Below are positions 43,537 through 51,787 of a stretch of DNA of 64,000 bases, piece after piece (the stretch's first letter is position 1; each line of letters starts with the position of its first letter). This stretch comes from Candidatus Eiseniibacteriota bacterium (GTDB lineage Bacteria; Eisenbacteria; RBG-16-71-46): assembly GCA_963776245.1 (NCBI GenBank), contig CAVZLN010000003.1:32001-96000 (forward strand). The letters run 5' to 3'. Position numbers and translations under genes: made by a program. The notes below the pieces were generated by a model that saw nothing but the letters and a program-made list of their open reading frames with translations, ran no database searches and was not told the DNA's origin.

Positions 43537-45606
43537 CTAATCGAGCTTGATACCGCGCAGCGTGTAGGTCTCCGTGCCCACTCTCATCCGATAGAAGTAC
43601 ATCCCGCTGCCGACCTTGCGGCCGCTTTCGTCGAGGCCATTCCACGAGCGTGTGTACTTGCCCGCCTCGAAGTCGCCGTTCGCCAGGGTGGCGATCTTGC
43701 GTCCGGCAAGATCGAAGACCCCCAGATCCACGGAGTTCCTCACCGGCAGACCGAACGCCACGCGCACCGTGCGCGCCGGGTTCGGGGCCACCGCGAACTC
43801 CACCTTGGAAGGCAGCGGGCCGCTCGTACTGAGCACGCCGGGGTCCAGGATGTCCGCGTCGCTGCGCGGCTGGATGCGGAACGCACCGAACGAGAACTGC
43901 ACGATGCCGGTCACGTCGACCACATGGTCCACCACCGGCAGGTAGGTGCGGGTGATGTTGTTGGCGACGAAGAACGTGTCCGGGGCCCACGGCGGGGTCG
44001 CCACGACGCGGAAGTTGCCGCCCGCCACGAACGCGCTGCCACTGTTGTTCGCCACGATCTTGCCATGGCCGAACCGCGCGATGGTGCCCTCGACGTCTTC
44101 GCCATTGTAGATCGCCTGGAGCGCGTCACACGTGGTGTCCGCGATCTGGCCGATCCGGATGTCCACCGGCGTCGGGAGGCTGGCGGTGCCGTAGTCCTGG
44201 ATGTACACCGTGCCCACGACCTCGGTCTCACCGCTGGTGTTCGACGGGAACTCCTGCAGGGCACCGACCACCAGGTAGTCGTGGCCCATGACCAGCGGGC
44301 TGATGGGCGCGAACACCGCGACGCCGCTGCGCGGGCCGCCGGCCGGGTCCATCAGGGTGTAGAGCGCGCCCTGCACACCGGCGCACACGCCGCGCACCGA
44401 GATGCGTGCGGTCCCGCCGTTGTTGCCGCCCAGGAAGTTCGCGTTGTCCTTGCAGCCCGTGACCGACACCAGCGAGTCGGGGTTCGGGCCCTGGATCATC
44501 TGCACCGTGATCACGCCGTTGGTGAAGTTGCGCGTCGCCGCGCTGCTCATCACGAGCCCGTTGGCGAGGCCCGCGATGCCGCTCACCGTGATGGCCTCCG
44601 GGTCGCCGTCGGCGAGACCGTTGTTGATGTCGATGAACACCGCGGACTGCCCGTCCATGGTCGCGCCGGTGATGCCCGCCGTGCCGGTGGACGCCAGCGA
44701 GTAGTTGGTGAGCGTGGTCGCGCTGGCGGTGGTGACGTTGCGGTCGAACACCACGCGCAGGCGCGTGTCGGTCACCGGGTAGGCGTCGGTCACCGCGGGC
44801 GGCGTGGCGACCTGGAGGTCATTGCCGTCGCGCAACTGGATCCGGTAGCCGCGCGCGCGCTGCTCGTAGATGCCCTGCACCCAGTCCACCACCGTGCCGA
44901 CGGCCGGCGGGGCATAGGTCGCGAGCGTGTTGCCGTCCACGAACACCGAGTCGCAGATCGGCCCCAGGCAGGCGGGGTCGACGACCAGGAACGAGTTGTT
45001 GGTGCCGAGGCCGCCGGTGGTCGAGACGCGCCCGACCTTGGTCGGGAAGTTGATCTTGACCAGCATGCCTTCCCAGTTCTCGGCCGTCGTATTGGTGGGC
45101 AGCTCCTGCAGTTCCGCCATGGTGCCGAGGTAGAACGGCGGCAGGGCATTGCCCGACGAGACCCAGCGGCAGAACACGTCGTCGGTGGCCTGACTAGCGT
45201 CGAGACCTTCGATCTCGGTGCCGCCGCCGAAGTCCTGGACCTTGCCGTACTCGACGACCACCGAGTCACCGACCTGGAAGTTGAACGGCGTGCCGGGGCC
45301 CTTGTTGACCGAGCCGGTGAACACGTCGATGCCGCTGAACTTCAGGGTGCCCAGCGGGTCCGAGATCTGGATGTAGAAGCCGAAGCCGGTGGGCTTGGCG
45401 TCGAACCCAGTGATGATCCCGCCCACGCCGCGCACCGTGTCGGGCACGATCGGGTGCGGGGTCGCGAGCGCGGCCTGGATGTTGAAGATCGTCAGCGTGT
45501 CCGGATACAGGGCCCCGGGACCCGGGGGGTACTGCGTCGCGAACGCGCTGGTGGCGAGCGCAAGCGCCGCCAGCGTGAACATCGTGGTGACGGTCATCCT
45601 TCTCAT
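43537..45606 (-). CDS. Secreted protein with duplicated OB-fold-like modules, an Ig-like domain and an FlgD-Ig/T9SS-like CTD
   Basis: Signal peptide. GFYIQ..SGIDVF..VGDSV..GKV.DF..GTEI..WEGMLV occurs twice in variant form. CTD APNP..FDLAGRKI..WNGLDESG..SGMYFYR. Confidence 0.8.
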   Translation of the reverse strand: MRRMTVTTMFTLAALALATSAFATQYPPGPGALYPDTLTIFNIQAALATPHPIVPDTVRGVGGIITGFDAKPTGFGFYIQISDPLGTLKFSGIDVFTGSVNKGPGTPFNFQVGDSVVVEYGKVQDFGGGTEIEGLDASQATDDVFCRWVSSGNALPPFYLGTMAELQELPTNTTAENWEGMLVKINFPTKVGRVSTTGGLGTNNSFLVVDPACLGPICDSVFVDGNTLATYAPPAVGTVVDWVQGIYEQRARGYRIQLRDGNDLQVATPPAVTDAYPVTDTRLRVVFDRNVTTASATTLTNYSLASTGTAGITGATMDGQSAVFIDINNGLADGDPEAITVSGIAGLANGLVMSSAATRNFTNGVITVQMIQGPNPDSLVSVTGCKDNANFLGGNNGGTARISVRGVCAGVQGALYTLMDPAGGPRSGVAVFAPISPLVMGHDYLVVGALQEFPSNTSGETEVVGTVYIQDYGTASLPTPVDIRIGQIADTTCDALQAIYNGEDVEGTIARFGHGKIVANNSGSAFVAGGNFRVVATPPWAPDTFFVANNITRTYLPVVDHVVDVTGIVQFSFGAFRIQPRSDADILDPGVLSTSGPLPSKVEFAVAPNPARTVRVAFGLPVRNSVDLGVFDLAGRKIATLANGDFEAGKYTRSWNGLDESGRKVGSGMYFYRMRVGTETYTLRGIKLD

Positions 45607-45986
45607 TTGGATACCCCTCTTGGTTCGCAGGACGTCAGTCATGGGCTGCATGCGGGGTGTAGCGATCGATCGGGCGTGAGCCTCCTTGCGCGGCCAAGCG
45701 CCGATGCCCGCGCCGGACCGAGATCCGGCGCGCCGTTCAATGGGTGAAGTGAACCGATACAAGGATACCAACCGCCGGTCCTAACCACCAATGGATAAGA
45801 ACCCTACGTGTTCCGGGGGAGGGCCGGTCCGGGGCGCCGGAATCGTGCCAGAAGACATCGGGGCGGCTGTCCGTGCGACCAGCGCCGGCGCCGGTTTCCC
45901 GGACGCCTGCCGCTCGGGGAGGGCCGCCAGCCAGCCCGAATGGCCCGTGCCCCGGGAGTACGCGGGGGACGGGGCCGGCCTGCCGA

Positions 45987-47549
45987 TCAGGGGCTAACGC
46001 CCAGATGGTTCTGGAGGATGTTCTTGAAGGCCCGCGCCGCCGCTCCGAGCCCATCGGCCCGGTTCATCGGGAAGGTGACCGCCACCACCCGGCCCTCGTT
46101 CGGCTGGCCCAGGTGCTGGGGCACCGAGACCGCGACCGGCATCGAGATGGGATTGTTCTCCGAGAGTGTTCCCGGAGCGGCCCAGAACAGGCCATCGCCC
46201 GAGCTCCGCAGCGCGAACGCGCGCAGCCCGACCACCAGGAAGGTGAACTTCAGGCTGTCCCCCGTCACCGGGGTGCTCAGGGTGGTGGCGATCGTCCCCG
46301 CGACCGTGCTCCACGAGGCCGATGAGTCCTGGGCGTTCAAGAAACGTTGGTAGAGATAATCGCTGCCCAGATAGTCGGACAGGAACTGGGAGCTGAGCGC
46401 TCCCTGCGCCACTCCCTGCCCGATCAACTCGGTGCCCTCGAGCATCAGCTTGCCGCCCCCGTCGACGTAGGCGCCCAGCGCGCTCTCGTAGGGACCGAGC
46501 AGGCGCACGTCGCCAGCCGGGGTCTTGCTGGTCGTGAAGCGGGTGGTCTGGCTGCCGCGGTACCACAGCACCGCCTTGAACAGCTTGCAGGTCTGTTCCA
46601 CGTCCTTGGCGGAGCGGAACGGCTGGCTGACCTCGAGACGCAGGGTGGAGTAGGTGCCGTTGGCCTGGAGGTGGGTCCGCACGCCATTGGCGTAGAACGC
46701 GTCGGTGCCGAAGAGGCCGGCCGCCCCGGGCTCGCTATTGGGCAGATCGTCGATGATCAGCAGTCGCCCGCGGCCATCGGGCTCGAGGACCCGGGCGGGC
46801 TTGCGCACGCGCCACGAGGCGATCGCCAGCGCTCCCGCCCGTCCTCCGTCGTCGATGGGCTGCACGTACACCGTGCGCGGGACGATGGTGTCGGTCGGAG
46901 CGCCCAGCGAATCGCCCAGCAGGAAGTACGCCGAGGGGATGGTGTACTCGGTGCTGCCGGCCGGGAGGATGGTGTCGTGGGCCGCGCTGCCGTTCAGCCA
47001 GACCCGATAGGTCATCTTCCCGGTGTCGCCGTCCTTGTCGAACGGCGTCCAGCGCAGCGTCAGCGAGTAGAAGGTCTGGTCGGTGGCCAGCGGCGCGTTG
47101 GTGAACACCAGCCTCGGGGGCTCGTTGGTGAACTTGAACGCTTCGACCGCGGGGGTCGGATCGGCCAGTTCCTTGTTGTCGACCGCGCGCACCTCGAACA
47201 CCGGCGGGATGGTGTCGTGCTGGTCGGTGAAGAGCGTGAACACCAGGTCGGTGCGCGACGTGCGCGTCCAACCGACCTTCGCCCGCAGCGTGTCGAGCGG
47301 CTGTCCCGTGGTCAGCGTGTCGAGGAAGCGGTACTCGTAGCGGATCACGTCCCCGTCGGGGTCGCTGCCGAACCAGTAGAGATGGACGATGTGGTTGACG
47401 GCCGTGACCGGGCCCTGCACGAACACCGTGGTCTCGGGCGGCAGGTTCGGCACCAGCATCCGCTTCGGCGAACACGCGCCGGCGAGCGCGGCGAGCGCGG
47501 CGAGCGCCAGCGGAGCGACGAGGGCGAGTCGCGGGGTCCTGCGCGTCAC
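45987..47549 (-). CDS. Lipoprotein with FN3/Ig-like modules
   Basis: Lipobox LAGAC; PNLPPET, WFGSDPDG, FEVRAVDN; starts 1 nt after the upstream stop. Confidence 0.8.
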   Translation of the reverse strand: MTRRTPRLALVAPLALAALAALAGACSPKRMLVPNLPPETTVFVQGPVTAVNHIVHLYWFGSDPDGDVIRYEYRFLDTLTTGQPLDTLRAKVGWTRTSRTDLVFTLFTDQHDTIPPVFEVRAVDNKELADPTPAVEAFKFTNEPPRLVFTNAPLATDQTFYSLTLRWTPFDKDGDTGKMTYRVWLNGSAAHDTILPAGSTEYTIPSAYFLLGDSLGAPTDTIVPRTVYVQPIDDGGRAGALAIASWRVRKPARVLEPDGRGRLLIIDDLPNSEPGAAGLFGTDAFYANGVRTHLQANGTYSTLRLEVSQPFRSAKDVEQTCKLFKAVLWYRGSQTTRFTTSKTPAGDVRLLGPYESALGAYVDGGGKLMLEGTELIGQGVAQGALSSQFLSDYLGSDYLYQRFLNAQDSSASWSTVAGTIATTLSTPVTGDSLKFTFLVVGLRAFALRSSGDGLFWAAPGTLSENNPISMPVAVSVPQHLGQPNEGRVVAVTFPMNRADGLGAAARAFKNILQNHLGVSP

Positions 47550-47550
47550 T

Positions 47551-49629
47551 TTAGAAACCCTCCCGGTCCGACTTCACGATCAGGAACTTGCCCAGCGAGC
47601 GCTTGCCGCCGGCGCGGTCCTCGACCGAGTACAGGTACAGCCCGGTGGCCGCCGCCTGGCCCCGGTCGGTGATCATGTCCCAGCCGAACATGCGGCCCGA
47701 GAGCGTGGCCGGCAGATCGCGGGCCGGGTCGGAGATGCCGCGCGCGTTCTGCCCCCGGTAGACGCCACCATCGAAGTCGGTGGAATACACCATGTCCCCC
47801 GAGAGCGTGTAGATGCGGATGGTGCAGCGCTCGGGGAGGTTCGCGAACCACAGGTAGTGACTGCGCACCTGGGCGCCCTGGTCCCAGCGCGCCTCGACGC
47901 GATAGGGATTGGGGAACACCACCACGCCCTGCCCGGGGCGCTCGCCCGCCGCCGGAGCCGGGATGGCCAGCGTCTTGTTCTGGTTCTTGCCGCTCTCGAG
48001 CGACGTGACCTCGGTGGTGCCGATATCGTACGACGTCACCGCGCAGTAGTACTTGAAGCCATTGCGCAGCGCCGGGACGGTGAACTTGTGCCGATAGGTC
48101 TGACCGTCGACGACGAAGCTGGTGTCGGGACCGAGTCCGGTGTTGAAGCCGGTGGAGTCGTGCGGCACCGGCAGGGCCAGATCGAACTGGGCGATGCACT
48201 TGAGGCTGTCGTCCAGGCGATCGTTGCCGATGTACACCCGGTAGCCCTCGAAGTCGTGCTTGTCCGGCATCGTGCTGGTGGAGTCCACCACGAACTGCGC
48301 GCTGTCGTCCCAGAAGTAGTCGAGCGCCCCGTCACGGGGCACGATCTTCAGGCGCGGCGAGGGCGGCGGGATCGGCAGCCGGTATTGCAGGTCGTACGCC
48401 CGCTGCGCCGTCGCCTTGCGCCGGCGCAGGTCCGCCGGTTCCGGACCGCCGATGATCGCGAAGTCCACCTGGATGGAATCCCCCGGCAGCAGGGTCGGGA
48501 ACGGCCCGACCGACTGCAACGTCACCGGATCGCCGGTCTCGGGCTCGAGGCTGTCGCCCACCAGCGGCTGGATCAGGCCCGAGTTCATCAGCGCGTAGCG
48601 CTCCAGGTCGGTGTCGCGGAGCGCGCTCCCCGGGGCGTAGCCCCAGGCCGCGAGCGTCGTCTTCTTGCTCGACGTGTCGGCGAGGCTCCCGGGCTTCACG
48701 CCGAGGAACGCGAGCCCGATCCAGTACGGCACGCTCTCGAGCCGGCAGCCGCTGGGCACCGGCTTCTGGAGGCAGAAGTGCTCGCGCAGCATCCGCGTGG
48801 TGTCCGCGTCGTACTGGATCCACTTCTTGCTGAACCACGAGCCCGGGCCGCCGCTCGAACTCGGGGGCCAGACGCTGTAGGCGTTCTTGTTGCCGCTCGC
48901 GAACTCGTTGTACGCGCCCACCCAGACGTTCTGGAGCGGCGGGCCGAGGTTCTTGATGGTGAAGTGGAAGAACAGCACGTGCCCGTAGTCCGCGAACGCC
49001 CAGGCGTAGTTGCGCTGGGTCACCAGCACGTTGAGCGGCCGGTGCTTCTCGGTCGTGCCCAGCGCCGTCTTGGCCGGCCGGTCGCTGTAGAACGAACGCA
49101 CGTCCAGTTCACTGACCGCGGCCGGGTCGTAGATGTCGCTGGTGCCGAGGCTCGAACGGCGATCGATGGCGTTGCCGGCGGGCGTGAACTCGGTGGCGTT
49201 CGCGGTCGTCTGCCCGGTCGCGCCGTCCACCGTGCCGGTCACCACGCTGGTGTAGAACTCGCCCTTCTCGGCGTCGAAGGCGACGGCGCCGATCCACAGG
49301 CCGCCGCGCACCAAGTGCTCGTAACCGCTGCCCATCGGATATTCGAGCGAGGGCGCCCGCGAGCCGAAGTTGTTCCCCCAGAAGCCGTAGTTCGTGATCG
49401 TCATCCCGACATTCGACACCGGCTGGTCGCTGGGATTGGCGCTCGGCCACCACGCCTTGTAGAGGATCGAGTCGGTCGCCGACGCGGCCTCGCCGGCCAT
49501 CGGGACGGCCGTGGACGCGTGGTCGAGATCGAGCGCCGGGGCGGGCATGGATGTGTGATCGAGATCGAGCGCCCGCGCGGGCACGGCCAGCGCGGCGGCG
49601 GCGAGCGCCGCGAGCAGGACGCGCCTCAC
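47551..49629 (-). CDS. Secreted protein with T9SS-like CTD (paralog A)
   Basis: GTG start overlaps the upstream stop; signal peptide; TNYGFWG, EYPMGSG.EH..RGGLWIG, DFEGYRVY, VVFPNPY..FANLP..IYTLSGD..GLYLYSV..GKFLIVK. Confidence 0.85.
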   Translation of the reverse strand: MRRVLLAALAAAALAVPARALDLDHTSMPAPALDLDHASTAVPMAGEAASATDSILYKAWWPSANPSDQPVSNVGMTITNYGFWGNNFGSRAPSLEYPMGSGYEHLVRGGLWIGAVAFDAEKGEFYTSVVTGTVDGATGQTTANATEFTPAGNAIDRRSSLGTSDIYDPAAVSELDVRSFYSDRPAKTALGTTEKHRPLNVLVTQRNYAWAFADYGHVLFFHFTIKNLGPPLQNVWVGAYNEFASGNKNAYSVWPPSSSGGPGSWFSKKWIQYDADTTRMLREHFCLQKPVPSGCRLESVPYWIGLAFLGVKPGSLADTSSKKTTLAAWGYAPGSALRDTDLERYALMNSGLIQPLVGDSLEPETGDPVTLQSVGPFPTLLPGDSIQVDFAIIGGPEPADLRRRKATAQRAYDLQYRLPIPPPSPRLKIVPRDGALDYFWDDSAQFVVDSTSTMPDKHDFEGYRVYIGNDRLDDSLKCIAQFDLALPVPHDSTGFNTGLGPDTSFVVDGQTYRHKFTVPALRNGFKYYCAVTSYDIGTTEVTSLESGKNQNKTLAIPAPAAGERPGQGVVVFPNPYRVEARWDQGAQVRSHYLWFANLPERCTIRIYTLSGDMVYSTDFDGGVYRGQNARGISDPARDLPATLSGRMFGWDMITDRGQAAATGLYLYSVEDRAGGKRSLGKFLIVKSDREGF

Positions 49630-50786
49630 GGGCGCCGCTCCAGCCGGAGGACCACGCCCCGTCCGCGGTCGGCGACGTACACGTGCGAACCGTCCGCGTC
49701 GGTGGCCACCGCGACCGGATCCAGGGCATTGGGCTCGAAGTCCACGCGCTGCACGTACAGCTTGTCCGGCCCGAAGCGCAGCACGCGCGCGTTGCCCTCG
49801 TCCACCACGTAGACGAAGCCGTCCAGGTCGGAGTACACGTCCACCGGCTTCTCCAACGGGATGTCCTCGGCCGTGGAGAACGCCGGCTGGTCGCCGGTGG
49901 TGATCGCCGTGTTCGAGACCGCGTCCGAGAAGCGCTGGGCGTAGTTGCGCCCGAACACCGCGCAGTAGATCCCGCCGCCGCCGTAGGGTCCCCAGTGGAG
50001 GCCGCGCGGATCCACCACGTAGCCGAAGCCGGTGCCCTGGTCCACCGACCACGTGAGGTCGCGGTGCCAGTTGGAGCCCGGCATGTTGGGGTCGGGCGGC
50101 CCGCCGCGCAGGTAGCGGCGGATCACCGAGACGAACTTGCGGGTGCGCAGGCGCGGGTCGTCCGGAGCGTCGAGGATGATCGCGGTGCCGGACACGTACA
50201 CGCGCCCCTGCGCGTCGGCGGCCACGCCCTCGACGGACGCCATCGAGGTGTCGGTGAAGGCGCTCTGCACGGCGCCCCCGAACATGGAGTATTCGCGGAC
50301 GTACCAGTAGTGAGCGATGTCGGTGATCCGATTGTTCCAGTGCTGACCGAGGTACTGCCCGGTGGTGTCGCACGTCCCGGTCGTGGGGTTGGTCCGCGCG
50401 ATGCAGGTATCGCCCTGGTCCAGCACGAAGATGCTGCCCCCCCCGGCGCACAGCGCGACCGGGTTGAACAGCTCGGGGAAGTCGATGCCCGCGACCGGCG
50501 TGGGATCCGAGAGTAGGAAGGCCTGCACCCGGCCCCGCGGCGCGGTACCGCCGCCGCCCGGACCATCGTTGAACAGGATGAAGAGCTGCGAGCCCTGCTG
50601 GGTGAGCAGGATGTCCTTCACGCCCTCCATGCCGGGCCAGCTCGCGAGCAGCTTGTAGGCCTTGTCGGGCGGGATGGCGGGCCGGAAGACTTCCTTCGGG
50701 AGGTTGTAGCTCGCGCCGCAACCGAGGGTCAGCCCTTCGAGACCGACCGCCGCGGCGAGGACGAGGGCGTAGCGGATCGCGCGCAT
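49626..50786 (-). CDS. Lipoprotein with NHL-like beta-propeller
   Basis: Lipobox LTLGC; repeats P..V..D..G.VYV.D. Confidence 0.8.
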   Translation of the reverse strand: MRAIRYALVLAAAVGLEGLTLGCGASYNLPKEVFRPAIPPDKAYKLLASWPGMEGVKDILLTQQGSQLFILFNDGPGGGGTAPRGRVQAFLLSDPTPVAGIDFPELFNPVALCAGGGSIFVLDQGDTCIARTNPTTGTCDTTGQYLGQHWNNRITDIAHYWYVREYSMFGGAVQSAFTDTSMASVEGVAADAQGRVYVSGTAIILDAPDDPRLRTRKFVSVIRRYLRGGPPDPNMPGSNWHRDLTWSVDQGTGFGYVVDPRGLHWGPYGGGGIYCAVFGRNYAQRFSDAVSNTAITTGDQPAFSTAEDIPLEKPVDVYSDLDGFVYVVDEGNARVLRFGPDKLYVQRVDFEPNALDPVAVATDADGSHVYVADRGRGVVLRLERRP

Positions 50787-51787
50787 CAGAACCGCACCCC
50801 GAGCGAGACGCGGTGCACCGCGCCGAGCGGGCCGCCGTCGGTGTACGCGTAGTCGACCTCGCCGTGCAGCGAGCCCAGCCCGCCGACGAATCCCGCGCCG
50901 GCGGAGAACTTGAGCGCGTCGGCGTTGAAGTTGTAGCCGCTGCGCAGGGCGAACGCGCGCTTCCAGCCCCACTCGATCCCGCTCTTGATGTCCTGCTGGT
51001 TGTCCGCCGGCTGGTCGATCTCGAGCGAGTACGTCAGGCGCTGGTCGGCGCGCTCGATGGCCTCGAACGCCAGCCCGTAGCGGAACATCGTGGGCGAGTC
51101 GAAGCTGTCGTACGAGCGCTGTTCGCCGGGGACCACGTAGGTCCCGCCCGGCTGCAGCTGGCTGCCGAAGTTCGACAGCGAGGTGGCGATGCGCACGCTC
51201 CCGAGGCCGAGGTAGTAGATCGATCCGATGTCGAACAGCGTCGCGCCCATGGTGGGCCCGCCGACGTCCGAACCGAGATCCTCGCGCATGTACTTCAGGC
51301 CCACGCCCACCAGCAGCTTGTCGGTCCAGCGCCGCGCGTAGGCGGCGCCGATGAGCTGGTCGGAGTAGAAGAACGACCGCCCGGTGCCGAAGGGCTGGAG
51401 CTCGGTGGTCTCGTCGATCTCGGTCGAGAGCACGCTGAGCTGGAACGCCAGCGAGCCCCCCAGGCGCTTCACCGGCAGCACGTAGGCGATGTGCTCGTAG
51501 CGCACGTCCGCCGGCCACTCGATGTGCGAGAACGTCACCTCCTGGCGCTGCAGCGAGGCGAGCCCGGCGGGGTTCCAGTAGATCGCCGTCGGGTCGTTGG
51601 CGACCGCGACGAACGACTCGCCGAGCGCGGTCGCGCGCGCGCCCACCGCGATCTTGAGGAAGGTGGCCGACGCGGTGCCGGTGCGCTGCTGGCCGAGCGC
51701 GAACTGCGCCCGCGCCGGCGTCGCGGCGCACCACGCCCCGACCAGCGCGAGCAACGCCCCCAGGACCCGCAGCCTAGAAGTCGACAT
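50786..51787 (-). CDS. PorV/PorQ-like (UPF0164) outer-membrane beta-barrel
   Basis: FLKIAVGARATALGESFVAVANDPTAIYWNPAGL; alternating beta-strands; terminal Phe (LGVRF). Confidence 0.88.
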   Translation of the reverse strand: MSTSRLRVLGALLALVGAWCAATPARAQFALGQQRTGTASATFLKIAVGARATALGESFVAVANDPTAIYWNPAGLASLQRQEVTFSHIEWPADVRYEHIAYVLPVKRLGGSLAFQLSVLSTEIDETTELQPFGTGRSFFYSDQLIGAAYARRWTDKLLVGVGLKYMREDLGSDVGGPTMGATLFDIGSIYYLGLGSVRIATSLSNFGSQLQPGGTYVVPGEQRSYDSFDSPTMFRYGLAFEAIERADQRLTYSLEIDQPADNQQDIKSGIEWGWKRAFALRSGYNFNADALKFSAGAGFVGGLGSLHGEVDYAYTDGGPLGAVHRVSLGVRF

